A stretch of 64,000 bases of DNA from Macrostomum lignano (taxonomy: Eukaryota): positions 62,001-126,000 of the forward strand of contig NIVC01000652.1 in NCBI GenBank assembly GCA_002269645.1. The letters run 5' to 3'. Position 1 is the first letter of the stretch. The number at the start of each line of letters is the position of its first letter. Below are positions 11,461 to 24,800 of this stretch, one piece after another. The translations under genes and the position numbers were made by a program. Under the pieces are notes generated by a model. The model saw nothing but the letters and a program-made list of their open reading frames with translations, did no database searches and had not been told where the DNA came from.

Positions 11461-11917
11461 AAGTGTATTATCCAAATATACTAAATCTCTAATGTTTGTA
11501 TGCTTGTAAATTACTATTAGTCACAAAAAATCCATATATATATACTTGTACTAAAAATTTTCTGTCAGTAATAAGTATCTATCTATCTATCTAAGTAGGT
11601 ATGTAATCCATTTTAGCAAAAATGGCTCAGCCAATTTTTTTTGAACTTGCACTGTTCAATCAGAAATTGTTTTGTGACAGTATATACAACATGGCTAAAA
11701 AATTGCTTGATGCTAAAGATATTAAATATTCTAAAAACATGCTTTTTGCAAAGGTCAAGCAGCTCTTTTGACTTGAAATACATTGTAAAAATGAATACTA
11801 TTTATTTGAAAGCACTTTAAAATTAAAATGCCTTCAAACAAAAGCATGTTGACTGCTATACTAGATGATTCAGATCTATTAAGCAAATGATAGTTGAAGT
11901 GGGTCTATAAGAATTGA

Positions 11918-12348
11918 CCATAGACAAGTTGACTACCAAGATTTACCTATTGAGATTTGCCCATTAAGCTTTGCCTTCAGTGCAATTTGCTCTCAATTGA
12001 TTGCCTGCAAGCAAATTCCCTACCAAGATTTGTCTGCATGCTTTTTTCCTATAGCACATTTAGGTTCAATCCCTTTATTAAGACTTACTAAGCAATGGGG
12101 AGGCAATGCAGACAAATCTGCCATGTGGCTAAATGTGCTATAAGAAAAAAACTTTGTAGGCCTACAGGCAAACCTTGGCAAGAAAAAAACTTCATAGGCA
12201 ATTCACTTGTGAACAAATTGCATTGCAGGCAAATCTTCTACAGGCAAATCTCTTGCATGCAAATCTTCTACAGGCAAATCTTCTACAGGCAAATCTCCTG
12301 CAGGCAAATCTTCTACAGGCAAATCTTCTACAGGCAATTTGTCTATGG
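11918..12348. mobile_element. Imperfect foldback/MITE with CCATAGACAA(G/A)TTG ends and 15-bp CAGGCAAATCTTCTA repeats
   Basis: Ends match 13/14 as inverted repeats; 11920-12065 is a diverged reverse complement of 12125-12345. Confidence 0.6.
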
Positions 12349-12756
12349 GCTATTCTTGTGCTCCTGGTTGAAGCAGGAACATCACATTACACAAAAGAAA
12401 CAGGCAACATAATAGCTCTGCACTGACCAGATCAAGTGAACAAAATAATAAAAATACCATCAACCTTGTGTTCTCAGTGCCCTTAATTTATCACTCTAAA
12501 ATCAGTTCTAAAATGTAGCTAATAGAACTACTTTGAGTAAATATGCATTTAGGAAGTTTAGAAAAATTATTAGCTTATTTCAAAATTCTATTAGCTCCAA
12601 TGCCCATCACTATTTTTACTTGTCATTGAAGCCAACAAAAGGAACACAGCCAGTGCTCATTGATTTGTCTGTCAATGATAAGCTAAAAAATGTTCGCCTG
12701 CTTGCATGCACTGACCACATTCCTGGGTTCTGATCGCTATTATCAGCAGAGACCCA

Positions 12757-15700
12757 ATGCAGCAGCAGCAGCCTTGGCTGGGCATCTCTGGCCAGCAAGC
12801 GGCGAGTCTGCAGCAGCAGCAGCAACATCAGCAGTGGTACCAGCAGCTCTCCATGCAGCAGTTCTACCAGCCGCAAGGCCAACTGAACCAGCACCAACAG
12901 ACAGGCTTGCTGAAGTCCGCCACCAGCTCCGCCACGCTGGCCATGCCGGCGCCTCCGTGCAATGCGCACAAACCTCCCCACTCGAGGCCGCCTATTCCAC
13001 TGCCGTGGATTCCGTTTGCCTCTGCTGCCCCGTCTGCGATTGCGGGAACTCCTTTGCGGCCCATTCAGCATCAACAGCAGTGGCTGACCCAGCATCCTGA
13101 GCAGCGGCTACTCCAGCATCCTGAGCAGCGGCTACTCCAGCATCCTGAGCAGCGGCCACTCCAGCATCCTGAGCAGCGGCCACTCCAGCATCCTGAGCAG
13201 CGGCCACTCCAGCATCCTGAGCAGCGGCCACTCCAGCATCCTGAGCAGCGGCCACTCCAGCATCCTGAGCAGCGGCCACTCCAGCATACTGAGCAGCGGC
13301 CACTCCAGCATACTGAGCAGCGGCCACTCCAACGTCCTCAGTATTATCAGCGGCAACTCCAGTATCCTCAGCGGCCAATCCAGCAATTTCAGCATCAGCA
13401 GCGCCAGCATCCCCAACCTGCAGCAGCAACAAGGCCCCGGGCGCCCAATCTTCAGTCGCGTCCGGCGTGCCCCGGGCCGCAGTTGCTCAGCGAAGGCGAA
13501 GCGGGTCTGAGGCCGGACTCCGACATGGTGGTGCTGAATTACAGCCAGGTGCCGCACCGGGCTGGTGACCTGTTCGTGCACCAGAAGCGGCTGCAGCTGG
13601 TGGCGGCAGAGCCCGCGGGCCCCAGTGGCGTCGAGCAGCTGCGGCCGACTGCGCGCTTCCTGTTCGACACCGGGCTGGCGTTGGTGCGGACCGCCTACGC
13701 GGGAGACAAGGAAGGCGAGGAGGCGGACGCTACCGCGGAGGCGGAGCAGCTGGCCGATCTGCCGAGTGTCGACCACCTGCTAGCGTCCTTTAAATTCCGC
13801 TGCCACTCGTGCTCGTTCCGCAGCGACACAGAGCTGTCAGTGCTGCTGCACTACCAGCGAGGCCACCTCAGCGATGACGGAGTTTACTCCTGCGCGCTGG
13901 ACCGCTACGGGACCAGGGATGCGCAGGCATTCAGGTGCGCGATCTGGAGATTGTGAGGGGCATGCATCTTGTATGCGCCTTGAAGGCCTGAAGGCCGCTG
14001 CTACTGAAAGGCCCAACAAGCTGCTAGTTAAGATTTAGCACATGAAAAGGTTACGAAGACGCTGTTTTCGCAGAGTGAAGTTCATATGAACCGGAATTCC
14101 GAAATTTGGCTGCAGATTGCCCCAGATTGCACACTGCTATCAATGTTTACCGATTCAATGGAGCACTGCTGCCTAGAGCCAGGTCCTTTGCATTCATTGA
14201 TCTAACCAAGAAATTGAGAGCAAAACTCACTGTCAAAATATCAAATTCTTTATAGTCAGCTGTCTTACAGTCTGTTATCACTGGCAGTGAAATTTGGCAG
14301 TGAATTGTCACTGGCAGCCTAATTATGTGACCCACATGTTCTACCCCAATCTCATGAGACTGTGGGGTGACCCACAACTGTCCCAATCTCCATGAGACTG
14401 TGGGGGTGACCCAAAACTGTCATAATCTCTCCATGAGATTGTGGGGGTGACCTACAGCTACCCCAATCTCCCCATGAGACTGTGGGGTGACCCACAGCTA
14501 CCCCAATCTCCCCATGAGACTGTGGGGTGACCCACAGCTACCCCAATCTCCCCATGAGACTGTGGGGTGACCCACAACTGTCATAATCTCCCCATGAGAC
14601 TGTGGGGGTGACCCACAACTGTCATAATCTCTCCATGAGATTGTGGGGGTGACCCACAACTGTCATAATCTCCCCATGAGACTGTGGGGGTGACCCACAA
14701 CTGTCATAATCTCTCCATGAGATTGTGGGGGTGACCCACAACTGTCATAATCTCCCCATGAGACTGTGGGGGTGACCCACAACTGTCATAATCTCTCCAT
14801 GAGATTGTGGGGGTGACCCACAACTGTCATAATCTCTCCATGAGACTGTGGGAGTGACCCACAACTGTCATAATCTCTCCATGAGATTGTGGGGGTGACC
14901 CACAACTGTCATAATCTCCCCATGAGACTGTGGGGGTGACCCACAACTGTCATAATCTCTCCATGAGACTGTGGGGGTGACCCACAACTGTCATAATCTC
15001 TCCATGAGACTGTGGGGGTGACCCACAACTGTCATAATCTCTCCATGAGATTGTGGGGGTGACCCACAACTGTCATAATCTCTCCATGAGATTGTGGGGG
15101 TGACCCACAACTGTCATAATCTCTCCATGAGATTGTGGGGGTGACCCACAACTAGCCCAATCTCCATGAGACTGTGGGGGTGACCCACAACTAGCCCAAT
15201 CTCCATGAGACTGGGGGAGACCTTAAAAGCTCATTTATTTCGCAAGCAGAGCAGGCTTGGCTAAATCTGTGCCGGCATTGCAGGCAGCACATGAGCCGAA
15301 TGCACTGCCTGGTTGGCCTGCCCGAGGACAAGCCGCCTGCTTACGCCTGCACCTTCTGCTGCTTCGGCGCCGCTACGCCGGCTGTCTTCTACCGCCACCT
15401 GCCTGTCTGCACCGCGGCCGCCGCCTCCGCCGGCCACCCCGCTCTGCTGTCGCCGGACGGCGCCGACCTGAACTGCTGCCTGCGCTTGGACAGCCTGCAC
15501 AGGTTTGGCGTGTCCGAACTGCACGGCCGCCTCGAGCCCGGCGTCTTCCGCGGACGCCAAATTGTCATGCCAAAGGGCAGCTACCGCCCATTGCCTGTCG
15601 CCGCTCCTGCCGCGGCCTCCGCTGCTGCCACTGCGGCCGCTGGGCCTCTGAAAGTGCAGCAGGTGAAACCGGCCCAGCAACAGATACAGCAGAGTCAGCA

Positions 15701-17327
15701 GTCTGTAGGACGACCCGACGGCCTGTTCAGCTCCAGGTAAGATTTGAAAGTTCTGTCTGCTTCTTAAAGATCCCAGCATCCGAGCTACTAGAGTTGAGCT
15801 GGGTTGAGAGATGACTCAAAGGGTATAAAGATGAGACATGGTGAGAAATTGAGACACGAATTGAGTGCAGTAGAGTCGGAGACTCCGCTCTTTCTGGGTA
15901 ATTCGATGAGTCTGTTGTCAGTTTGTTCAAAAAATTACAGCGGACTGCAGTCTATGCATAACTTCGCTTTCAACTGCCAAAACCCGCGACATTTCAATCA
16001 CTGCAAGTTGCAACTTTGCTTTTTTATAGCCCAGGGCATGGACATACGATGCCTAAAATTGTAAACATCGTCAGGCAGTGAATGCTCTCTCCTTCGCCTT
16101 GGTGTCACACAGCGCCAGCAGGCCCAAGAATCTGTGCGTCAATCCCAAATTGCACACTAAGCCGACTCAAATCCCCGCAGGCCGGCACCCCTCGGCTCCT
16201 TTGCGCCTCTCATCGCCGCTCCGCTGCGGGAGCGCGGCAGTTCGACTGCCGTCCATTGCGAGCTGTGCAACGGTCTGTGCGCCTCCGCCTCCGCCCTCGC
16301 CAAGCACCTGGCCGCCGCGCACCCCGACGCTCTCGGCGGAGGCAGCGCCGAGCAGTCGCCGCAGCTGCAGGCGCGGGTGGCCGCCGCCATCACCGCCGGC
16401 TGCGGCTCCGCCTGTCCGGACTGCGGCCGCGGCTTCGTCACCCGACGCGGCCTCCGGGCTCATCGGTCGGCTGGCGGCGGCTGCCCCATCGGCCGGGTCT
16501 GCGCCTTCTGCCAGCGGCCCTTCGACTTGGCGCGCCATCACCTGCTGGGCCACCTGGCCGAGCGGCACCCGCGCGAGCTGCGCTCTCTCATCAACCGCGG
16601 CGTCTGTCCGCTCTGTGTGGCCTCCGCTGGCGCCGCCGGGCAGCTGCTCCGCCATCTGGCCTCCGCCCACGGCCTAATCGTCTCCCTCGACTCCGGCGCC
16701 GTGTCCTTCGCGCCGCGGCCTGGCGCGGGCCGGGCGCCGCACGACTGCCCAGCCTGTAGCCGGTGCTTTGCCACGGAGCTGCAGCTGCGCGACCACATGC
16801 TGACCTCGGGCCACGGCTACCGCTGCCATCGCTGCCCCAGGGACGACTCGCTGCTGCCCAGCAAGGAGGCCTGGGTGGCGCACGTGCTCTCTGCTCACGC
16901 AACTGACAAAGAGAGGTGAGGCTGCCTTCCTGCTTGCCTGCTGTTGGTGTAGCTTTGTCCGCATTTCATTATTTTCGTTTTTAATTACTTTGAATGATGA
17001 AATATGAATTAATAGTCATCTATGGTTAATGATTAGTGGGGAGTATTTATAGATAATAGAATGCAAAAGAATCAATAAGAAAAGTCAAACCCCAGAGAGA
17101 AAACACCGTAAAGTCCTGAGCTCGTTTACGATCTCCAACTACTTACCGCCCGCCCCAGGTGCATCGCCTGTCCGGAGACCTTCCAGGTGGGGCTGCCGCT
17201 CACCTGCCACCTGCTGCGGTCGCACACCCGGCCGTGCTTGGTGCGCCTGAAGCGCCTCAGCCCGGCGGAGGTAGCAGCAGCCGCCGCCAGGCCGCCGCCG
17301 GCCAAGCGAATTCGGCCAGCCGATTAG
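12757..17327 (+). CDS. Q-rich multi-C2H2 zinc-finger protein (~844 aa): join(12757..13934,15284..15736,16181..16915,17159..17327)
   Basis: Three phase-2 GT-AG introns join in frame (2535 nt); fingers such as FRCHSCSFRSDTELSVLLHYQRGH, CELCNGLCASASALAKHLAAAH, CAFCQRPFDLARHHLLGHLAERH, CPACSRCFATELQLRDHMLTSGH; C-terminal PCLVRLKRL and NLS-like PPPAKRIR; start codon less certain. Confidence 0.8.
13090..13329 (+). repeat. Coding 24-bp minisatellite, 10 units encoding QH(P/T)EQR(P/L)L
   Basis: CAGCATCCTGAGCAGCGGCCACTC repeated in frame inside exon 1. Confidence 0.95.
14326..15217. repeat. Intronic ~41-bp minisatellite
   Basis: CCATGAGACTGTGGGGGTGACCCACAACTGTCATAATCTCT units in zinc-finger intron 1. 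Confidence 0.95.
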
Positions 17328-17672
17328 AGCAGCGAATATATATAATACTACTCACAGTAGCGTTGGCATCGGCTCTGCATTTTCTGTAGTTATCTCCAGC
17401 TCTGCAATAAGCTTTCCCTATGTTAAGAATTGTGCATTAATTAAGTCAATGAAATTATAATTGTCTAAGCTTACTAAACTGTTAGTATCGTATTTTTACT
17501 CCAAGTTAATCTCTCTTGTACTGAACTTTCAGCATTCTTGCACTGCTTTGTCAGTGATTTGCTTTCAATAAATCAATCAGTTCAAATGCAATGCACCACA
17601 GACTGCCTGTTGTGCTTTTGATCTTACGAGAGCTGCCCGCCTGTTAGTTGTTGCGGAGATTCGCTCATTTTT

Positions 17673-18714
17673 TGTCTGCTGATCAGAGTCCGCAGTCCCG
17701 AGATTTTAAGCCGCCTCATTTCCTGTCTGCTGATCACAGAGACCAGAGTCCCAAGATTTTAAGCTGCCTCATTTCCTGTCTGCTGATCACAGAGACCAGA
17801 GTCCCGAGATTTTAAGCTGCCTCATTTCCTGTCTGCTGATCACAGAGTCCGCAGTCCCGAGATTTTAAGCCGCCTCATTTCCTGTCTGCTGATCACAGAG
17901 TCCGCAGTCCCGAGATTTTAAGCCGCCTCATTTCCTGTCTGCTGATCACAGAGTCCGCAGTCCCGAGATTTTAAGCCGCCTCATTTCCTGTCTGCTGATC
18001 ACAGAGTCCACAGTCCCGAGATTCTAAGCCGCCTCATTTCCTGTCTGCTGATCAAAGAGTCCCGAGATTCTAAGCCGCCTCATTTTCTGTCTGCTGATCA
18101 CAGAGTCCAGAGTCACGAGATTTTAAGCCGCCTCATTTCCTGTCTGCTGATCACAGAGTCCCGAGATTCGAAGCCGCCTCATTTCCTGTCTGCTGATCAC
18201 AGAGTCCGCAGTCCCGAGATTTTATGCTGCCTCATTTTTTGTCTGCTGATCACAGAGTCCCGAGATTCTAAGCCGCCTCATTTCCTGTCTGCTGATCACA
18301 GAGTCCCGAGATTCTAAGCCGCCTCGTTTCCTGTCTGCTGATCAGAGTCCGCAGTCCCGAGATTCTAAGCTGCCTCATTTCCTGTCTGCTGATCACAGAG
18401 TCCGCAGTCCCGAGATTTTAAGCCGCCTCATTTCCTGTCTGCTGATCACAGAGTCCGCAGTCCCGAGATTTTAAGCTGCCTCATTTCCTGTCTGCTGATC
18501 ACAGAGTCCCGAGATTCTAAGCCGCCTCATTTCCTGTCTGCTGATCACAGAGTCCCGAGATTCTAAGCCGCCTCATTTCCTGTCTGCTGATCACAGAGTC
18601 CCGAGATTCTAAGCCGCCTCATTTCCTGTCTGCTGATCACAGAGTCCGCAGTCCCGAGATTTTAAGCCGCCTCATTTCCTGTCTGCTGATCACAGAGTCC
18701 AGAGTCCCGAGATT
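17673..18714. repeat. Intergenic ~45-53-bp minisatellite just upstream of the RTK start codon
   Basis: GATCACAGAGTCCGCAGTCCCGAGATTTTAAGCCGCCTCATTTCCTGTCTGCT with internally deleted variants. Confidence 0.95.
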
Positions 18715-18848
18715 TGAGGCTGGCCAACTTCAGAAGTCACCAGTTTTCATAATTGTTAGCAGCCGGGCAAATTCACTGCCATTCTGCCATTCGCTTCAGC
18801 TAGCTGGCAGCTCGAGGTCCGGCCCACCCCGATGCAGCCGTAGCCGCC

Positions 18849-21800
18849 ATGCAGCCGCCGACCCGCCCCCGCCTGCTGTCCTGCCTGCTGTTTCTGCTGG
18901 CTCAACTGCCTGCTGAGGGGGCGCCGCTCCACTGCAACTTGTCTGCTGATGAGCAAATTGCACAGTGTGAGCAATGCTAATGAGTCTCTACTGCCGCCTG
19001 TTCTCTGTGTTTTGTTCACTCAGTCACCGTTGTAGCTCATGGTTCTACTGTCTTTACTGAACTCAGCTAGCCCCCCCCACTCTGCTCAGCCTCCACTGCT
19101 CACTCAGTCACCGTTGTAGCTCATGGTTCTACTGTCTTTACTGAACTCAGCTAGCCCCCCCACTCTGCTCAGCCTCCACTGCTCACTCAGTCACCGTTGT
19201 AGCTCATGGTTCTACTGTCTTTACTGAACTCAGCTAGCCCCCCCACTCTGCTCAGCCTCCACTGCTCACTCAGTCACCGTTGTAGCTCATGGTTCTACTG
19301 TCTTTACTGAACTCAGCTAGCCCCCCCCACTCTGCTCAGCCTCCACTGCTCACTCAGTCACCGTTGTAGCTCATGGTTCTACTGTCTTTACTGAACTCAG
19401 CTAGCCCCCCCCCACTCTGCTCAGCCTCCACTGCTCACTCAGTCACCGTTGTAGCTCATGGTTCTACTGTCTTTACTGAACTCAGCTAGCCCCCCCCCAC
19501 TCTGCTCAGCCTCCACTGCTCACTCAGTCACCGTTGTAGCTCATGGTTCTACTGTCTTTACTGAACTCAGCTAGCCCCCCCCACTCTGCTCAGCCTCCAC
19601 TGCTCACTCAGTCACCGTTGTAGCTCATGGTTCTACTGTCTTTACTGAACTCAGCTAGCCCCCCCCACTCTGCTCAGCCTCCACTGCTCACTCAGTCACC
19701 GTTGTAGCTCATGGTTCTACTGTCTTTACTGAACTCAGCTAGCCCCCCCCCACTCTGCTCAGCCCCCACTGCTCAGCCCTCCCCACTGTGCTCAGCCCTC
19801 CCCACTGTGCTCAGCCCTCCCCACTGTGCTCAGCTCTTCCCACTGTGCTCAGCCCTCCCCACTGTGCTCAGCTCTTCCCACTGTACTCACTGCTCAGCCC
19901 TCCCCACTGTGCTCAGCTCTCCCCACTGTACTCATTGCTCAGCCCTCCCCACTGTGCTCAGCTCTCCCCACTGTACTCACTGCTCACCTCTCCCACTGTA
20001 CTCACTGTACCACTGATCTCATACCCGCAAATCTATCGAGTCGTTCTGCCGCTCCCCAATCCACAGACGTGTCGTCCCGTCTGAGGTATTTTTTCAACGC
20101 TACGCATGACGATGCGCAAAATCCAATCAGCGTGGCAGTCGGGCCAGGCGACGAGGTGCGCGGCGAGGCCCTGGCGGTGCTGCTGCGGGAGATTTTCCGC
20201 TACCCGGATGCCGAAGTGGTCAGCTCCGACAGCTGCCGGCACCCCTACGCTTGCGTCATTAAGCTGAGCGACCTGCTGTCTGTTGACAACAGCTATGTTG
20301 ACTACGGCTTTCTGTTCCGGGATGCGCAGTCGTAAGTGCTCGGGCCGGGCTGAGCTGCTACTCGCTGCTGAGGCCCTCCGGTGTAGATACGGTCCCCTTG
20401 GTAGGTATAGATACGGTCCCCTTGGTGTAGATACGGTCCCCTTGGTGTAGATACAGTCCCCTTGGTGTAGATACGGTCCCCTTGGTGTAGATACAGTCCC
20501 CTTGGTGTAGATACGGTCCCTTGGTGTAGATACGGTTCCCTTGGTGTAGATACAGTCCCCTTGGTGTAGATACGGTCCCCTTGGTGTAGATACAGTCCCC
20601 TTGGTGTAGATACGGTCCCCTTGGTGCAGATACGGTCCCCTTGGTGTAGATACGGTCCCCTTGGTAGGTATAGATACGGTCCCCTTGGTGTAGATACAGT
20701 CCCCTTGGTGTAGATACGGTCCCCTTGGTGTAGATACGGTCCCTTGGTGCAGATACGGTCCCCTTGGTGTAGATACGGTCCCCTTGGTGTAGATACGGTT
20801 CCCTTGGTGTAGATGCGGTTCCCTTGGTATAGATGCGGTTCCCTTGGTGTAGATGCGGTTCCCTTGGTGTAGATACGGTCCCCCGGCTGGGAAGGCGGAT
20901 AAGATGCGTCTTCAATTTAACATTTCATGATAGGTTGTGACGAGTGTGACGTCTCAATTAGTAATATTAGAGTTCATAGCTGCTCACTTGTGATCAACAC
21001 CCACAGGTATTTTTACGCTGCTCCTGAGCACAGGGACTGCGCACTCAACCATTTTGGTGAGAAGGCCGAGTCCCAGGCCGGCTTCCCCATCGTGTCCATG
21101 ATGGCCCAGAAGTGCGGCAGCGCCAACGACATTCGCGACTTTGCCAGCGTCTCGGTCGGCGGCTACGCGCACGTCTCGGGAGTCCGGCGGCAGCAGAAGA
21201 AGCTGATGCTCACCCGCCTGGCGGCCTACGACCCGCAGCTCGCTGACTTTCTGCGCGACTTCGCCCTGTCGGATTCTCTGCCCGCTCGGATGGACGGCCT
21301 CTGCGGGTGAGCTGTTCACAAAGATGCGTGTGATGGGAGGGTCATAGAGACTCATTGGAGGGTCATAGAGACTCATCGGAGGGTCATAGAGACTCATCGG
21401 AGGGTCATAGAGACTCATGAGAGGGTCATAGAGACTCATCGGAGGATCATAGAGACTCATTGGAGGATCATAGAGACTCATCGGAGGATCATAGAGACTC
21501 ATCGGAGGATCATAGAGACTCATCGGAGGGTCATAGAGACTCATTGGAGGGTCATAGAGACTCATCGGAGGGTCATATACTTATTGGAGGGTCATAGAGA
21601 CTCATCGGAGGATCATAGAGACTCATCGGAGGGTCATAGAGACTCATCGGAGGATCATAGAGACTCATCGGAGGGTCATAGAGACTCATTGGAGGGTCAT
21701 AGAGACTCATCGGAGGGTCATAGACTTATTGGAGGGTCATATAAAAACTCATTGAAGGGTCATAGAGACTTATCGGAGGGTCATATAAAAACTCATTGAA

Positions 21801-24800
21801 GGGTCATAGAGACTTATCGGAGGGTCATACTCATAGATGGACATCTGGAATTTTTCAAAAGGTTCCAAGTCATTCGTTTGTCATTCTTCAGACGTCCTAC
21901 CAGACTCGCCCAGCTTAACCCCGTACCCCAAACTCCAGGTGGCTCGCCAACTCGCTCCGGCAGCTGCCAGCGCCTTGGGGCCTCCGCCACATGAGCAACA
22001 GCTCGCTGCCGCTGACACTGGCGCTGCTGTGGCCCAGCGGCCCCAAGCTGACGGACCGGACGGTGCTGGACGCCGCGTACAGGACCATCAGGGAGGTTCA
22101 GCCGTGCAATGTCAGCGCCGTCCGCCAGTCCGCCAACGCCAGCTCGGAGCTCGCCGAGGCCGATGGCGCCAGCAGCGTAACAGCGCTGTACCGCCAGGCG
22201 CTGTGCCACCTGCGTGAGTCCGGGCTCAGCCTGCGGCTCGTGACCCGCGGCATGGACTGCGACAAGGCCGACGCGCTGCAGTTTCTCTCCAATGTGAGCG
22301 GGGCTTGCCTGGTCGCTTCTTTGTCACCTGGCTGTCTTCTGCAAAACCTGCCCTCCTCTCCTCTGGCTGGCGTCTCTTAATAGCGCTTTCCTGCTACTGA
22401 CATCTCTGCTGTAGCTGGTGCCTCCTGCTACTGACACCTCTGCTGTAGCTGGTGCCTCCTGCTACTGACACCTCTGCTGTAGCTGGTGCCTCCTGCTACT
22501 GACACCTCTGCTGTAGCTGGTGCCTCCTGCTACTGACACCTCTGCTGTAGCTGGTGCTTCCTGCTACTGACACCTCTGCTGTAGCTGGTGTCTCCTGCTA
22601 CTGACACCTCTGCTGTAGCTGGTGTCTCCTGCTACTGACACCTCTGCTGTAGCTGGTGCCTCCTGCTACTGACACCTCTGCTGTAGCTGGTGTCTCCTGC
22701 TACTGACACCTCTGCTGTAGCTGGTGCCTCCTGCTACTGACACCTCTGCTGTAGCTGGTGCCTCCTGCTACTGACACCTCTGCTGTAGCTGGTGCCTCCT
22801 GCTACTGACACCTCTGCTGTAGCTGGTGCCTCCTGCTACTGACACCTCTGCTGTAGCTGGTGCCTCCTGCTACTGACACCTCTGCTGTAGCTGGTGCCTC
22901 CTGCTACTGACACCTCTGCTGTAGCTGGTGCCTCCTGTTACTTCAGAACTGAATTCAGAACTCCTCCTACTGCAGCTGGTGCCTCCCAGGCCTTCCCTAG
23001 GATAACTTCCCTTAATAATATTTAAAATCTACAGAATTTGTTTCTAGTATATCGCCATGTCTCAGGCTCAGAAATGACCTACAAATGGCCTGTCAACCCG
23101 CCCCGCAGGTCACGTGCTCCTCTAGCCCAGCCCGGCCGCTGGTCGGCATGATCGCCGGCACCTGCTCAGAGACTGTAGGCCCCATTGCCGAGCTCAGCAG
23201 CCACAGCCGCACCGTGGTCGTGTCGCCCACCGTGGAGTCGGCGGTGTACAGCGACGTGGACGCCTACCCCTACTTCTTCCGCACTGTGCCCAGCCTGGCC
23301 GCCTACTCCAAGACTGTGGCCGAGTACCTGCGCAGCGAGAACTGGCCGGACGTGGCGCTGCTGTCCAGTGGGAAGCTCTTCCTGCGCCGCGACGAATTTG
23401 AGAAGGACGGCGGCCTGAGCGTCTGCTTCGAGGAGGTCGTCGAGGAGGAGTCGCTGACGCTCGAGCACACCAAGAAAATTCTGGAGGCTGCCAAGAAGAA
23501 GAAGTGCCAGGTGCAGTGTTTGGGGGTTATTCAAGTTGCCGCCCCTCCATTTACCCACTGCACTGGGAAGCAATTCCTTGAAATTGCCTCTTCCGACCTC
23601 CGTCCCTCTGTATCCCTGAGCTTGGTGAAGTGTTTTTAAAGGCCGGTTTTTCCGTAATTTATGAAACCAGTTGAAAATCAAATTCTAACTAATTTGGCTA
23701 AGCTTTATCTTTTATCAGAATTCTGGAGGGCCATCCAGCTAAATGAGATGCGAGTCGAAGCATTCACATTAAGAGGCCTCAGCCTCCCCAAATCGCAGGT
23801 GTTTGCCATGGACTACCTGAAGCGGGGCACCTGCCTGTACCTGTGCTCCGCCTACAAGCTGGAGATGTACCAGCGAGAGAACTACCTGTTCATCCTGGCC
23901 AACAGAGCCCTGGACGTGTTCGTCAACAGCAGGGTGGTTTGCCACAACACCACCGCGCTGCTGGAGGAGAACCCCGACGGCTGCACCGCAGAGCAGATTA
24001 AAAACGTGGCCAATGGCCATGTTGTTGTGCAGAACCACGTGAAACCCAGGCCGGAACTGCAGTTTGTGGGCAAGAGCTCGCGACCGCCGAGCAAGTCCGA
24101 TTCCTTCTATTACGGAGTGTACACCACCCAGGCGGTGCAGCTCATGGCGCACGCTCTGTCCCGGGTGCTGATGCTCGACCCCTCGGCCGCCTACCATCTC
24201 AACAGCCCGCGGGTGGCCACGATGTACAAGGAGGCTCTGGAGAACAGCAGCTTTGACGACTTGCACCTCAGCCGCAGCCACGGCATTGATAGGGGCCTCA
24301 TGATGGTAATTCGAGCTGTGCATGCATGCGAACTGCCCACAACTTTTCACTGTCTGTCACCCGCTGCTGCAACCTAGATGCGCAACCCGGACACCCAACC
24401 CATGCACAACCTGGACTTCGGCAACTGGAACACCCAACTCCGACACACCCGGACACCCAACTCATGCACAACCTGGACTTCGGCAACTGGAACACCCAAC
24501 TCCGACACACCCGGACACCCAACCCATGCACAACCTGGACTTCGGCAACTGGAACACCCAACTCCGACACACCCGGACACCCAACCCCGACACACCCGGA
24601 CACTCAACCCTGACACACCCGGACACCCAACCCCGACACACCCGGACACTCAACCCTGACACACCCGGACACCCAACCCCGACACACCCGGACACTCAAC
24701 CCTGACACACCCGGACACCCAACCCCGACACACCCGGACACTCAACCCTGACACACCCGGACACCCAACCCCGACACACCCGGACACTCAACCCTGACAC

